Shown here piece after piece: positions 9,501 through 20,602 of a DNA stretch of 64,000 bases (its first letter is position 1; every line of letters begins with the position of its first letter). Location: NCBI GenBank assembly GCA_025357945.1, contig JANYLJ010000019.1, positions 8,668-72,667 on the forward strand, in the 5' to 3' direction. The notes below the pieces were generated by a model. That model was not told where the DNA came from. It was given only the letters and a program-made list of their open reading frames with translations, and did no database searches. The stretch comes from Gemmatimonadota bacterium. GTDB lineage: Bacteria > Gemmatimonadota > Gemmatimonadetes > Gemmatimonadales > GWC2-71-9. Both the position numbers and the translations under genes were made by a program.

Positions 9501-10028
9501 TCAGGTACCCTGGTCGCTCGCACCGAGCGGTGTTTGCGAAATGAGGATGCGCAGCCGCGGGTGGCGCCGCCAGAGCCAGCCCGTCATCGCGGCGCCAGCC
9601 AGCGCGTTGGCCACAAGCACGCTCACGAACGGCAGCATCCCACGCACGATCTCGGAGCCGATCGACACCACCCCGTAGAAGAAGACCACGAACGCAACCA
9701 GCAGCTGAACCACCGCGTAGCGGGCCAGGCTGCTCGCCTCGGACGCCCGGGTCAGCACGGCGAGCAGGAAGCCGAAGGCGACGAACGCGATGACGTGGAA
9801 GATCGTGTACGCGAGCACCGCGACCGTGTCCGGTGCCGTCAGCGTAACCGGCCGGTGCAGGATGAACGCCTGTCCCAGCACGCTCGGCGTCATCAACGGG
9901 TGCCCGCGTGTCGCGTCGACGGCGAGGTAGAACAGCGCGACGATGCCGGCCCCGAGCAGGCCGGTGATGATCCCGTCGCGAGGGATCGACTCCTCGCCCG
10001 TGGGACGAGACCCGAATGACTCGATCAT
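9501..10028 (-). CDS. Hypothetical integral membrane protein
   Basis: AGGAG RBS; four TM segments. Confidence 0.75.
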   Translation of the reverse strand: MIESFGSRPTGEESIPRDGIITGLLGAGIVALFYLAVDATRGHPLMTPSVLGQAFILHRPVTLTAPDTVAVLAYTIFHVIAFVAFGFLLAVLTRASEASSLARYAVVQLLVAFVVFFYGVVSIGSEIVRGMLPFVSVLVANALAGAAMTGWLWRRHPRLRILISQTPLGASDQGT

Positions 10029-10077
10029 CGCTAACTCCTCGACAAAGGCGCTGGGAGGGGGACGAACGAACCGGGAG

Positions 10078-10329
10078 TCACAGCACCTGGTCGGGGGCGC
10101 CGGTGCCAAACAGGAACTGCTCCATGTTCCGGAGCAGGAACTCCCGGGACTTGGGCTGGTGAGGAATCAGCGCGTAGTGGTTGATCAGCTGCTGTTGCGC
10201 CTTGAGCCATTCAGCCCAGCACGTCTTGCAGATCGTGTCGTAGACCCGAGTCCCAAGGTCGTTTGGAAACGGCTTGAACGCCTGCCGTTCCCCTGCCAGC
10301 CCGCACCGGACACAATGAAGCGTTGCCAT
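10078..10329 (-). CDS. yggX: Oxidative damage protection/Fe(II) trafficking protein
   Basis: PFPNDLG.R.Y..IC..CW.EW...Q..LIN; FL...MEQFLF. Confidence 0.9.
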   Translation of the reverse strand: MATLHCVRCGLAGERQAFKPFPNDLGTRVYDTICKTCWAEWLKAQQQLINHYALIPHQPKSREFLLRNMEQFLFGTGAPDQVL

Positions 10330-10349
10330 CCGGTCAAATTAGCGTCGAG

Positions 10350-10661
10350 CTATTCGCCTCGCTTGAGCGCCTTCACGCCGCTGGCGGTGCCCAGGCCGGT
10401 CGCCCCACCGACAATCAACGCGGTCCCGAAACCGAACAGGCTGCCGATGATCGGCACAATGTGAATGAGCGCGACTGCCGGTGCCAGAATGACCGTTGCG
10501 AGGATTGCCACAACCCACGGCGCGATGGGATGCCGGACGCCGTCCACGAAGCGGAGCCGGTTCCGGACGTATTCCCGGGCGAGCCCGAACGAGAGCATTG
10601 CTGCGCCGACAGTAACCACGAACCCGACCAGCGTGAACAACGAAGCAAAAAAGTGGAACAT
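10350..10661 (-). CDS. Hypothetical small membrane protein
   Basis: Three hydrophobic segments; fills the gap in a co-directional run. Confidence 0.7.
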   Translation of the reverse strand: MFHFFASLFTLVGFVVTVGAAMLSFGLAREYVRNRLRFVDGVRHPIAPWVVAILATVILAPAVALIHIVPIIGSLFGFGTALIVGGATGLGTASGVKALKRGE

Positions 10662-10721
10662 GGCCAACCTGCCGGATGGAGGTGTGTTTCAGTACGGAAC
10701 ACACCCTGGGAAAGATTCACA

Positions 10722-12977
10722 CTATCGCCGGAACCGATAGGCCACCTTCACGAAGAACCCGTCCTGTTCCCGCCTCAGGCCGCTGAAGGCCAGTGGCCGG
10801 TCGCTTCCCGATGTCGAGCCGTAGCCGAAAAAGACGACGGTGCCCGGCTGCGGCTGATAAGAGGCCAGCCAATCGACTCGCAGTGAATCGCCACGCGTTG
10901 CCGCAACTGGTACCCCGTTTACGCCGAGCGGCAAGCCGGTTGCCGCATCCTTGAGGGCCGCCTGCCGTTGGGAACGATATTGCGCCACGACGCGAAAGAA
11001 GAGCGCGCGGGTTGGTTGGACTTCAACCTTCAGGCGCGGGATGACGGTGCGCCCGAACTCGCTGCCATCACTGGCGCGACGTAGCCGTGAGTAAGCCAGC
11101 GTGCCGAATACACGCACGGCGTGCGCCGGGCGAAGCGTGACACTCGCGTTGACGTTGAGGGCCGAACCGCGTGTCGCTTCCGGGAAAATCGTGGTGGCGC
11201 CACCGGACACGCCGAGTGACGCCTCGTAGTACTGAAACAACGGCGTGCCGACGGTGAAACTGCCACTCCACGCATCGAACACGCCACTCGGCGGTGTGAA
11301 CGGAGTCGCCGGACCGACAACGGTGTACCGGGAATAGTTGGCCGGGTCAAATCGCGCGAACGCATCAGTGGCAGCGCCACTGATGTTCCAGCCACCGCGC
11401 AAACGCAGCGACCAGTTGACGTCACCGTCCCCTTCGATCGGGCGGTGCGACAGGAACTCGTTGTACCGCCAGACCTGCGGCAGCCCACCGTAGACGGTGA
11501 CCTGCTCGACCAGCGCATTACGGGCGCCGTACCACGAGAACCGGTTGAACGCGTGCGCCGTGACCACGCCAGTGCGCGGGATGAAGCCGTCCTGGGCGGT
11601 AAAGTCGCCGTCGATTCCGGTCACCTTGTAGTTGAAGCCCCAGCCGCGACCGGTCCGGTCGTACTCCACGTCCCAGAGCGGCGCCGTTCGCGTTGCCCCG
11701 CCCGAGGAGTCGCGGGTGGCTGCTCCGGCGAGCTGCGCCTGCAGGTAGTACACGCCGCCAAAGAGCAGTCGCGTATCGGCCGAGGCGACGCGGTTGAACC
11801 CGCCGTTCTGCTCGCGGTCGGTGACGGTGAGGCCAGCGACGGAGTTGGCGCCGATGTCACGACGAACCCTGGTGATGCTGGCGAGCGCGTCGGGGGCCCC
11901 GCTCTCCTGGTCGACCGCGGTCAGGTGTGCCACCGTCCACGACCCGAACTTGCCGGTGAGTTTCGCTCCGCCTGCCGGATTTGCGATGGTACGGGTGTAG
12001 ACGAGGTTGTTGGGTGACGCAAACAATTCAATCCCTTCCAGAAAGAAGGGGCGGCGCTCCGGATAGAACAGCGCGAACCGCTGGTTGATGGTGACGAGGC
12101 CAGCGTCCGATTCCACCTGCGAGAAATCGGGATTGATCGTTCCGTCGACGGTCGCGCTGGTGAAGCCGAAGCGGAAGTTGCCGCCGAGCTCCGGATGCAA
12201 GGCACCACGACTGAACGATCCATCCGCCAGTCGGTTTCCTGGTAATTGCGCGGTGACCTCGGGTTGCAGTTCAGTGACGACGCCGCGGTGGATGCCGTGG
12301 ATCCCGGTGATCGTTCCCGACTGCCCCAGGAACGACTCACTCGCCCGGCGGACATCGGTCCAGGTGTCTTCGTACCCGGTGCGCTGGGTCACGCGATCGA
12401 TGTTAATCCCCCACGTCAGCTCGTCGCCACCGCCATAGCGGAGCGACTTGAAGGGAATCCGCATTTCGATCACATAGCCAAAGGCGGTGCGCCGACCCTT
12501 GGTCTGGTAGAGGAAGTCGGGATTCCGGTCCACCGTGCCGGAAGAGAAGCTGCTGGCCGAGAAACCGCCTTCGCTCCGCACGCCGTCGTCCTGCACACCG
12601 AGTGGATTGCTGCCGAAGAAATATGCCCGGCGGCGATCATTGAACGTGTCGAGATACACGACAACCTCGTCCTCGCTGGCGAGGTTGTCGCGGTCAGCCG
12701 ACGTCGCGTGGACCAGCTCCGGCTCCCGGTCATAGGCGAGGATGCCAAAGTAGATCGCGGTCGGTGAATACCACACCAGCACGACCGTCGAATCCTCGGC
12801 CGGCCGCGAATCCACCGGGCGATACTGCTTGAACCCGTCGAGTCGAGCGGCCTGGCGCCACACCGGTGCGTCGACCGAGCCGTCGAGCACGAGGTCGGTC
12901 TCGATCCGCGGAATGCGAACCGACTGAGCACCTAGCCCCGTGGTGAGGACAAATCCCAACAGAAGGGGGAGTTTCAT
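10722..12977 (-). CDS. CBM9/DOMON-like + DUF5916 outer-membrane protein
   Basis: LDG.V..PVW, YLDTFNDRRRAYFF, EMRIPFKSLRY, INPDFSQVESD, PERRPFFLEG; ends FVKVAYRF. Confidence 0.88.
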   Translation of the reverse strand: MKLPLLLGFVLTTGLGAQSVRIPRIETDLVLDGSVDAPVWRQAARLDGFKQYRPVDSRPAEDSTVVLVWYSPTAIYFGILAYDREPELVHATSADRDNLASEDEVVVYLDTFNDRRRAYFFGSNPLGVQDDGVRSEGGFSASSFSSGTVDRNPDFLYQTKGRRTAFGYVIEMRIPFKSLRYGGGDELTWGINIDRVTQRTGYEDTWTDVRRASESFLGQSGTITGIHGIHRGVVTELQPEVTAQLPGNRLADGSFSRGALHPELGGNFRFGFTSATVDGTINPDFSQVESDAGLVTINQRFALFYPERRPFFLEGIELFASPNNLVYTRTIANPAGGAKLTGKFGSWTVAHLTAVDQESGAPDALASITRVRRDIGANSVAGLTVTDREQNGGFNRVASADTRLLFGGVYYLQAQLAGAATRDSSGGATRTAPLWDVEYDRTGRGWGFNYKVTGIDGDFTAQDGFIPRTGVVTAHAFNRFSWYGARNALVEQVTVYGGLPQVWRYNEFLSHRPIEGDGDVNWSLRLRGGWNISGAATDAFARFDPANYSRYTVVGPATPFTPPSGVFDAWSGSFTVGTPLFQYYEASLGVSGGATTIFPEATRGSALNVNASVTLRPAHAVRVFGTLAYSRLRRASDGSEFGRTVIPRLKVEVQPTRALFFRVVAQYRSQRQAALKDAATGLPLGVNGVPVAATRGDSLRVDWLASYQPQPGTVVFFGYGSTSGSDRPLAFSGLRREQDGFFVKVAYRFRR

Positions 12978-12994
12978 GGGTGGGGAAGATAAAG

Positions 12995-13074
12995 GGAGAG
13001 CGGAGAGACGAGAAACGAGGGGCTCCACATCGCGCGCGGCCTCTCGCTATGTTCGACCCGTCTCTCGTCTCTCC
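12995..13074. repeat. Heptamer-built inverted repeat (GAGACGA)n...(TCGTCTC)n, copy A
   Basis: GGAGAGACGAGAAACG 13002-13017 pairs with CGTCTCTCGTCTCTCC 13059-13074. Confidence 0.8.
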
Positions 13075-14285
13075 TACTCGTATCTCAACGCCTGGATCGG
13101 ATCCAGTCCCGCCGCCCTCTTTGCCGGCCACAATCCGAAAAACAGTCCGACCAAGCCGGAGAAAGCGAACGAGGCGACAATGGCAACCGGGGACAGCACG
13201 GTGGTCGTGCCGTACTGCTTGCTCACGAAGATCGACGCGGCGACGCCGATCGCGATCCCGAGGGTGCCGCCGGAAATGCACAGCACCAGCGCTTCGACCA
13301 GGAACTGCAGCATGATGGTGAGCTTGGTGGCGCCGAGTGCCTTGCGGATGCCGATCTCCTTGGTCCGCTCGGTCACCGACACCAGCATGATGTTCATGAT
13401 GCCGATGCCGCCGACGAGCAGCGACACCGCCGCGATCCCGAGCAAGAGCGTCGAGAATGTCTGTGCCGTCTGCGCCTGAGTCGCGAGAATGTCCCGCGGT
13501 GAACGAATCTGGAAGTTGTTATCCTGGCCCGGCCGCAGCTTGTGCTGCTTGCGGAGCACTCGCTCGATATCGACCATCCCCTGTTCCAGTGGCGTCTTGT
13601 CGCGAACGATCACGGAGATGGAGCGCAGCCGGTCGGTGCCGACGACGCGGTATCGGGCGGTGCTCAGCGGAATCAGGATCTGCTCGTCCGGGTTCTGGAA
13701 TCCCAGGGCGCCCTTCGCACTCAGGATGCCGATGATTTCGAACGGGATCTGCCGGATCGTGATCGTCTGGCCGATCAGCGCCGCCGGGTTGGCGTTCAGC
13801 AGCTTCGGCACATCCGCGCCGATCACGGCGTAGCGTTGGCGGGCGGCATCGTCGCCGTCGGTGAAATTGCGGCCGTTGGTGATGGTGTAATTGTGTGACG
13901 CGGCGTAGTTGGCCGTGGTCCCGACGATACTGGTGTTGATGTTGCTGTTGAGGTAGATGACCTGCTGGTTTCGCGACAATTCGGGCACCACGTCCGTGAG
14001 TGTGGTCGCCTGAGCCTTGAGCGCGTCCGCGTCCGCCACATACATCGCGGCACGATCCTGGGTGGCGGCGCCCATGCTGAAACCCTGGCCCGGATTGATC
14101 GTCACCAGATTGGCGCCGAGGGAGTTGATCCTGTCCTGCACCGACTTCTGCGCGCCGCTGCCCATCGCGACGACGGTGATGACGGCCGCGACGCCGATGA
14201 TGACGCCGAGCATGGTCAATGCGGCGCGCAATTTGTTGGCGCGGATACTCCCGAACGCGACGCGGATCGTTTCGCCGAGCAGCAT
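13074..14285 (-). CDS. MacB/FtsX-like ABC permease
   Basis: LTMLGVIIGVAAVI, GGIGIMNIMLVSVTERTKEIGIRKALGA, LDPIQALRYE. Confidence 0.95.
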   Translation of the reverse strand: MLLGETIRVAFGSIRANKLRAALTMLGVIIGVAAVITVVAMGSGAQKSVQDRINSLGANLVTINPGQGFSMGAATQDRAAMYVADADALKAQATTLTDVVPELSRNQQVIYLNSNINTSIVGTTANYAASHNYTITNGRNFTDGDDAARQRYAVIGADVPKLLNANPAALIGQTITIRQIPFEIIGILSAKGALGFQNPDEQILIPLSTARYRVVGTDRLRSISVIVRDKTPLEQGMVDIERVLRKQHKLRPGQDNNFQIRSPRDILATQAQTAQTFSTLLLGIAAVSLLVGGIGIMNIMLVSVTERTKEIGIRKALGATKLTIMLQFLVEALVLCISGGTLGIAIGVAASIFVSKQYGTTTVLSPVAIVASFAFSGLVGLFFGLWPAKRAAGLDPIQALRYE

Positions 14286-15652
14286 TACGGGCCGCCTCTC
14301 CCACCGCGGGTACCACCACCGCCGGCGGCGCCCGCAGCGGCGGCTCCGGCCGCCGGCCTCGCTTGCCCGGGCAAGCCGGAGTTCTGGCTCATGCGCGCCT
14401 GCATCTGCGCCTGCTGCTGCACCAGCGACGCGCTCGGCAGCAACAACACCGAGTCGCTCTCGAGCAGACCCAGCTTGACCTCGGAGTAATCGAGATCGGT
14501 AAGGCCCGTCTGAATGTAGACCGGCATCGGTTTGCCATTCCGTATCGCGAACACGATGAAGCGCCCGCCGAAGCTGAAGTCGCTCTTGCCGCCACGCCCG
14601 CCGCCCTTGCCACCCCGGCCGCCGTTCGGGAGCGGCACGCCAGTGCCGGTGTCAGCCTTCTGCGCGGTTGCGTCGGCCATGACCTTCTTGGCGTCGGCGA
14701 GCATCTGGGTCAGGTCCGCCGGCGCGATGCCGAGGACCGACGCCGCGCTGGCGACGTCGCGTTCGGTGCGGAGTGCCGCGTTGGGGATCGCGAGCACTCC
14801 ACTGCGCGAACCGACGGCCATCTTCACGTCAGCGTTCATGCCCGGCTTGAGCAGATTGTCGCGGTTGTCGATGTTCACCAGCACCGGGAACATTGTCACG
14901 TTCTGGATCGTGTCCGCCTGCGGCTCGATCTTGGCCACGGTGCCGCGAAAGGGGCGATTCGGGAATGCCGCCACCGTGACGTCGGCGTCCATCCCCTGAT
15001 GGATCTTGCCGATGTCCGTCTCGTCGACCCAGGTCTTCACCTGGACCTGCGACAGGTCCGCCATCGTCAGCAGCGCAGTGCCGCCGCTGGCGCTGTTGGT
15101 CGGCGACGAGATCACGCTGCCGCGCTGCACCGTCTGTTCGATCACCGTCCCGGTGATCGGCGCACGCACTTCGGTATCACCCATCGAGATTGTCGCGTCA
15201 TCCAGGGCGATGCCGTCGCGCACGACCGATGCGTTCGCCTGGGCCACGGCCAGCTGTGCCTGCTCCAGCTCCTGCTGCGTCACCGCCCGGGCGGCAAAGA
15301 GCTCCTGCTGCCGCTTGAGCTGTGAGCGCGCGTTGGCGAGCTGGGCGCTGTCGACCTGCAACGTCGCCCGAGCGGTCGCCACCTGGTTGGCCGGAATGCG
15401 CTGGTCCACCTGCAGCATCAGCGTGCCGCGCTTGACCAGGTCGCCGGTCTGGACCTTGATGTCGAGGATTTCGCCGGACGCTTTTGATTTCACCTGCACC
15501 ACCGTGTCAGCGTTGATCGCGCCGGAGGCCTGCGCCGTGACGATGATGTCCCGCTTCTGCACCGCGACGGCCTGGTAGACGGGCAGTGGCGCCGGCTTGT
15601 GGCACGCGCCGAGGAGTACGAGAAGGAACAGGAAACGTGGACCCGACCTCAC
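14285..15652 (-). CDS. Efflux periplasmic adaptor subunit (MacA-like), lipoprotein
   Basis: Lipobox LLGAC; [35 protein letters not shown]. Confidence 0.93.
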   Translation of the reverse strand: MRSGPRFLFLLVLLGACHKPAPLPVYQAVAVQKRDIIVTAQASGAINADTVVQVKSKASGEILDIKVQTGDLVKRGTLMLQVDQRIPANQVATARATLQVDSAQLANARSQLKRQQELFAARAVTQQELEQAQLAVAQANASVVRDGIALDDATISMGDTEVRAPITGTVIEQTVQRGSVISSPTNSASGGTALLTMADLSQVQVKTWVDETDIGKIHQGMDADVTVAAFPNRPFRGTVAKIEPQADTIQNVTMFPVLVNIDNRDNLLKPGMNADVKMAVGSRSGVLAIPNAALRTERDVASAASVLGIAPADLTQMLADAKKVMADATAQKADTGTGVPLPNGGRGGKGGGRGGKSDFSFGGRFIVFAIRNGKPMPVYIQTGLTDLDYSEVKLGLLESDSVLLLPSASLVQQQAQMQARMSQNSGLPGQARPAAGAAAAGAAGGGGTRGGRGGP

Positions 15653-16410
15653 GAGACAACCTCCGCCGAACTGGTATCGCGCGCCACCTTGCCGTCCCGC
15701 AGGATGATCTGGCGGTGGGCGTGCGCGGCAATATCGGTTTCGTGGGTGACGAGAATGATGGTTTGGCCTTCGGCATGCAACGTCTTGAAGAGGTTCATGA
15801 TCTCCTCGGACGTGGCAGAGTCCAGGTTCCCCGTCGGCTCGTCGGCGAGCAGGATCGACGGATTGTTGACGAGGGCCCGCGCAATGGCTACGCGCTGGCG
15901 CTGACCGCCGGACAACTCGTTCGGCTTGTGGTCCATCCGGTCCGCCAGGCCGACCGCGGTGAGCGACGCGATAGCGCGCTCGCGGCGCAACTTGCTCGAC
16001 GCCCCGGCATAGACCAGCGGCAGCTCCACGTTGGCCAGCGCCGAGGCGCGCGGCAACAGGTTAAACGTCTGGAACACGAAGCCGATTTCCTTGTTGCGGA
16101 TCCGGGCCAGCGCATCGTCGTTCAGCTCGCTGACGCGATACCCGTTGAGCCAGTACTCGCCCTCGCTCGGCGTGTCGAGGCAGCCGATGAGGTTCATCAG
16201 CGTCGACTTACCCGAGCCCGACGGGCCCATGATGGCGACGAATTCGTTCTTCCGGATCACGATGTCGACGCCCTGCAACGCCCGCACCCGTTCGGTGCCC
16301 ATCTGGTATTCCCGCTGCAGGTTGCTGGTAACGATCACCGCGTCTCGCGGGATGTCCGCCGGGAGTGCCGCCATCCGCTCGGCGGTGGTCTTGATATCGT
16401 CGCGTGCCAC
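15649..16410 (-). CDS. ABC transporter ATP-binding protein (MacB/LolD type)
   Basis: [29 protein letters not shown]. Confidence 0.96.
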   Translation of the reverse strand: MARDDIKTTAERMAALPADIPRDAVIVTSNLQREYQMGTERVRALQGVDIVIRKNEFVAIMGPSGSGKSTLMNLIGCLDTPSEGEYWLNGYRVSELNDDALARIRNKEIGFVFQTFNLLPRASALANVELPLVYAGASSKLRRERAIASLTAVGLADRMDHKPNELSGGQRQRVAIARALVNNPSILLADEPTGNLDSATSEEIMNLFKTLHAEGQTIILVTHETDIAAHAHRQIILRDGKVARDTSSAEVVS

Positions 16411-17744
16411 TAGAGCTTCCTCCCCAGGATCTGTTCGAGTTGTGCCTTCGCCAGCAGGTAGTTGTACCGGGCGCTGACCTGCGCGGCCGACGCACTCACC
16501 GCCTGCGTCTGGGCGGTGAGCACCTCGGTGATCGTGGCGACACCGATACGGTAGCGTTCGGTCACCACGCGCAGGTTTTCCTCGCCCGCGTTGCGGGCAG
16601 CTGCCGAGACGGTGATCGTCTCCTGCGCGGTCGCCAGCGAGGCGTACGCCTGATTGATCTGTGCCGCGAGCGCGTTCCGCTGATCGACGAGGACGGCCGC
16701 GATGTTGTCGACCGCCAGCGAGGCGTTCTCGATCTGCCGCTCACGGGCGAAGCTGGTCCACGGCGTGATGCTCAGGGCGAGATTCAGGCTCCGACGGACC
16801 GTCACCGCCGTTGGTGTCGTCGGTTGAGTGCCACCGGCCCAGTACCCGGTCCAGCTCTGACCTGCCTGCGCGGTGAGCGTCGGGAAGTACTGTGCCTTGG
16901 AGGCCCGATATGCGTCTTGGCTTGCGATCAGGCTCGCTTCGAGGCTCTTGATGCTCGGCGCGCTCGTCAGCACTTCGTTCCGGATCGCGGTCGTGTCGAG
17001 CGATGGCGGTACCTGATAGAACGCGGAATCGTCGATCGCAGCGACCCGTCCGGCGATGCCGACGAGTCGGCCAAGGTTCGCCTCATTGACCACGAGCGCG
17101 TTCTGCGCCGACAGCAGGTTGAGCCGGACCTGGAGGTAATTGCCGAGGGCAGTGAGCGAATCCGACAACTGGCCGGAACCAGCATGCAGTTTTGCGGACG
17201 CGAGACGGAGTTGGCTTTCCGCCGCGTCCAGGTTGCTCTGCGCCACCGCAACCAACTGGTTCTGCGCCAACGCCAAAAAAAATGCGGTGGTCGTATTGAA
17301 GTCACTGGCGAACTTCGCCGTCGTGAGCGTTGCGTCTGCCCCGGCCTGCTGCGCACGATTCTGCTTCAGCGTGTAGTTGCGGGCGAATCCATCGAAGATC
17401 GTGTACGACGCCTGCAGCCCCACCGTGTAGCTCGGCACATGCGAGTTGCCGCTGATGATTTCGCCGGTGACCGGATCGAGGCGCGACTGGCCTGAGGACA
17501 ACGCCACGTTCATCGACGGCGTGAGGTTCAGCGCCGGAATGAACGACCAGAGGGCGGAACGCGTGTTCAATTCGGCGGAGCGAATTCCGTTCGTTGCACT
17601 CACCACCGATGGCGCAAATCGCTGCGAGAGCCGCAGCGCATCCGCGAGCGTCACGGTGGTAACGGCCCGCTGCTGACCCGCCAGCGGGTTGGTGAAAACG
17701 AACGCGGCAAACGCGGCGCTCAGGAGATGCTTATCGCGACCCAC
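16410..17744 (-). CDS. TolC family outer-membrane efflux protein
   Basis: GTG start after GAGGAGGA; two OEP repeats; [14 protein letters not shown]. Confidence 0.9.
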   Translation of the reverse strand: MGRDKHLLSAAFAAFVFTNPLAGQQRAVTTVTLADALRLSQRFAPSVVSATNGIRSAELNTRSALWSFIPALNLTPSMNVALSSGQSRLDPVTGEIISGNSHVPSYTVGLQASYTIFDGFARNYTLKQNRAQQAGADATLTTAKFASDFNTTTAFFLALAQNQLVAVAQSNLDAAESQLRLASAKLHAGSGQLSDSLTALGNYLQVRLNLLSAQNALVVNEANLGRLVGIAGRVAAIDDSAFYQVPPSLDTTAIRNEVLTSAPSIKSLEASLIASQDAYRASKAQYFPTLTAQAGQSWTGYWAGGTQPTTPTAVTVRRSLNLALSITPWTSFARERQIENASLAVDNIAAVLVDQRNALAAQINQAYASLATAQETITVSAAARNAGEENLRVVTERYRIGVATITEVLTAQTQAVSASAAQVSARYNYLLAKAQLEQILGRKL

Positions 17745-18264
17745 GATCGAATCCTCCTCGCGGACCCGACCCGCCGGGGCTGCCGGAGCAGGGTCCGCCG
17801 CCACCACCGTTCAGTGACGAGCCCCCCTGATCACGCATCTTCTTCCGCTGTTCATCGTCGGCGCGATTCATGGAATCGTACCGCTCCCGTTGCGGCGGTG
17901 TGAGCAGCGAGCGGATCTCGGTACGGGCCTGCGCCCGGCGAAGTTCCACCACCGGGCGGATGGTCTGGAATAGCGAATCAATCGGCTGGCGCAGCGGGGT
18001 GCGCAGAGAATCCATCGCCGCAAGCCCGCGACACGCGATCGCCGTAATCGAATCCTGCTTGGCGGGCTCGAGGTTGAGATGAAGCTTGCGATCGAGCGAC
18101 GCACCGTAGCTGCCGGAGCCCGGACGCCCGCCGGAGTGGCCCCGCCAGGCCCAGCCTGCGTTACCGCTACGGACCGTCTGGACGATGACCCCGCCGCCCA
18201 CGATCAGCCCGAGGACAAACGCCAGCCCGAGCAGCGTCATCGCTCGCGACCGTGAGGCGATCAC
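17731..18264 (-). CDS. Spy/CpxP-like membrane-anchored periplasmic helical protein
   Basis: N-terminal TM; L.L...KQ..I and IRSLLTPPQRERY (LTxxQ-like). Confidence 0.65.
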   Translation of the reverse strand: MIASRSRAMTLLGLAFVLGLIVGGGVIVQTVRSGNAGWAWRGHSGGRPGSGSYGASLDRKLHLNLEPAKQDSITAIACRGLAAMDSLRTPLRQPIDSLFQTIRPVVELRRAQARTEIRSLLTPPQRERYDSMNRADDEQRKKMRDQGGSSLNGGGGGPCSGSPGGSGPRGGFDRGSR

Positions 18265-18608
18265 GGGGTCTCCGTCGACGTCATCGATGCGAGCAGCACG
18301 TTGGTCCCTGGGGTTGACCCTTCGAGGAGCTGGGAGGCAACCGACGTGATACCGGTGTCGGACTCGTCAGCGACGGCAGCGGACCTGCTCAGGCCCCATC
18401 CCGCCAACACCGTCACCAGCACCGCGGCAACCAGCCCCTGCCAGAACCATCCGGCCAGCTCTTCGTCCCAGCTGCGCGGGCGATTCCGGCTGAGTCGCGC
18501 CCGGAGACGGTTGACGAAGGCCCCGCCAAACGGCATGGCCAGCGCCTCGCGCAGCGCGGCACCCAGCTCGACATCCCGGGCCGAATCCAACGGCAAATGT
18601 TCAGGCAT
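18261..18608 (-). CDS. Putative anti-sigma factor (single TM)
   Basis: Overlaps the end of the ECF sigma gene; one TM helix. Confidence 0.6.
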   Translation of the reverse strand: MPEHLPLDSARDVELGAALREALAMPFGGAFVNRLRARLSRNRPRSWDEELAGWFWQGLVAAVLVTVLAGWGLSRSAAVADESDTGITSVASQLLEGSTPGTNVLLASMTSTETP

Positions 18609-19155
18609 CCCACTCCTCCTTCACGGTACTCAGGACGCGACGCAGCGCGCGGCGGCCATGGAACACGTCCGATTTCACAGTGCCTTCAGGAATCCCCAGC
18701 AGTGCCGCGATTTCCGCCTGGGCGTATCCTTCCGCGTCGAACAGGACGACGGCCAACCGTTGCCGCTCCGGTAGCGTCGCGAGCGCCGCCCGCAACCGCT
18801 CGCCGAGATCCAGATCGCCAGCCTCGCGGGCCGGGTCGTCCCGGGCAGCCGGCGAGATCTTGTCCAACGGCTCCGCCGCGCGCACCCGGCGCCGGCGACG
18901 CAGGTCCCGGGCTGCGTTCACCACGATCTGCATCAGCCACGGCCGAAACGCCTTGTTCGGATCGTAGCGCGCGATCGCCTTCCACGCGGACAAGAACCCC
19001 TCCTGAGCGGCGTCGTCGGCGTCCTCGCGATCCTCGAGGATCGCGTAGGCGACGCGGCGGGCCATCGCCTGGTGCAACTCGATCAACGCCCCAAACGCCT
19101 CAGCGTCGCCCTTGCCGGCCCGGCCAGCGAGGTTCGCCTCGTCCACGCCCGTCAT
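18601..19155 (-). CDS. ECF RNA polymerase sigma factor
   Basis: GDAEAFGALI, DADDAAQEGF, FRPWL..I..N, EIA.LLGIPEGTVKS. Confidence 0.93.
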   Translation of the reverse strand: MTGVDEANLAGRAGKGDAEAFGALIELHQAMARRVAYAILEDREDADDAAQEGFLSAWKAIARYDPNKAFRPWLMQIVVNAARDLRRRRRVRAAEPLDKISPAARDDPAREAGDLDLGERLRAALATLPERQRLAVVLFDAEGYAQAEIAALLGIPEGTVKSDVFHGRRALRRVLSTVKEEWDA

Positions 19156-19183
19156 ACGCGGCCGGCCGGAGGCACGTTGAGGG

Positions 19184-20602
19184 TCATCCGCGGGCCCGGT
19201 GGCCCACCGCACGGACCAGCATCGCCGCCCCGAACGCGGCAGCCAGGGCGGATGCGGTCCAAGCCATCGGCCTGGGGAAGACGGCAAATAGCACGGCGAC
19301 AACCAGCAGTATGAGGGCCAACGGGCCAAAAATTGCCGCCCGGGCTCCCTGAATCACGCTCCCGAGCACCACGCTCGCCCGGATCCGCCGCTCCCGGAAC
19401 GACCGGGAGTGGCGCTCGGTGGCGGCATCGACCGGCGCCTGCCGGGAGAGGGCGGGATAGACCTCCCGCCCCATCACGGTCGGGATTCGCCGGGCCCGAA
19501 GTAGCACTTCGCTGGACGCTGCCAGATCCTTGAGAAACTGCTGTTCCATCTGGTGTGCCAGGATCTCGCCATAGGCGAAGAGATCGATTTCCCAATTGGC
19601 GAGCAGCGACGACGGATTGAGGTTGCTCGACCCCACCCGTACCCATCGCCCGTCTGCCACGATGGTTTTGGCGTGCAGCATCGGGCCACCCCACTCCCAG
19701 ATCCGTACGCCGGCCCGCAACAATCCACGGTAGCCCACCCGCGACAGGTTCCGGACTGCCCGGATGTCGCTGCTGCCAGGCAGGAGCAAACGAACGTCTG
19801 CCCCGTCCCGGGCGGCGTCCTTGAACGCCTGGTACATCCGCTGCGGCGCCGAGAGGTACGCCTCGGTCACCCAGATCCGCGACGCGCTCACTCCAAGGAG
19901 GAGGTCGATCGTCCGGAAGCCGCGCTCGCGGCCCGGCTCGGTCGCGACCACCCGCACGTCCATCTCGCCTGACCGTGGCGGCGCCCGCCCGCTGAGTTCG
20001 ACCGCGTCGTCCGGTGCCTTCCCGCCGTTGAAGGTCCACGCTCGGGTGAACGCGGCATCCAGGTCGGCGGCAGCCGGGCCGTGAAGCACGACGGCGGTAT
20101 CGCGCCACGGTTGGCGATGCTTGCGCGGATCGCCGAGCCATTCATTTCCGATGCACAAACCACCGGTAACGGCGTGCTCGCCATCCACCACCAGCACCTT
20201 GCGGTGGTCCCGGGCGAAGATGAGCAGCGGATCAGCGGCGCGGAATCTCCCGAACGCCCGCACGTCGATCCCCGCTTCTCGCAGGCTGCGCCAGAATCGT
20301 CGCGCCGTGGCGATCGAACCAATCCAGTCGTACATGACGCGCACGGTGACGCCGGCCCGGGCGCGCTCGACCAGGCGATCGGCGAACTCCTGGCCGCAGG
20401 CGTCGCTGTGGATGATGTAGTTCTCGAGGTGGATCCGATGCTGCGCGCCCTCGATCAAGGCGAACATCGCGGCGTACGTGGCCGGTCCGTCGATCAGCAG
20501 TCCGACGCGGTTGCCCGGGATCACCCCCGAGCCGGCCGCCCGGCTGAAGGCTCGCTGCAGCGCCGCCAGGGCGGGCTGTGCCGCACCTTCGGGTGCTGTC
20601 AC
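19184..20602 (-). CDS. cls: Cardiolipin synthase / phospholipase D family
   Basis: Two HKD motifs (HRKVLVVD, HAKTIVAD..GSSN); GTGA overlap with the upstream gene. Confidence 0.9.
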   Translation of the reverse strand: MTAPEGAAQPALAALQRAFSRAAGSGVIPGNRVGLLIDGPATYAAMFALIEGAQHRIHLENYIIHSDACGQEFADRLVERARAGVTVRVMYDWIGSIATARRFWRSLREAGIDVRAFGRFRAADPLLIFARDHRKVLVVDGEHAVTGGLCIGNEWLGDPRKHRQPWRDTAVVLHGPAAADLDAAFTRAWTFNGGKAPDDAVELSGRAPPRSGEMDVRVVATEPGRERGFRTIDLLLGVSASRIWVTEAYLSAPQRMYQAFKDAARDGADVRLLLPGSSDIRAVRNLSRVGYRGLLRAGVRIWEWGGPMLHAKTIVADGRWVRVGSSNLNPSSLLANWEIDLFAYGEILAHQMEQQFLKDLAASSEVLLRARRIPTVMGREVYPALSRQAPVDAATERHSRSFRERRIRASVVLGSVIQGARAAIFGPLALILLVVAVLFAVFPRPMAWTASALAAAFGAAMLVRAVGHRARG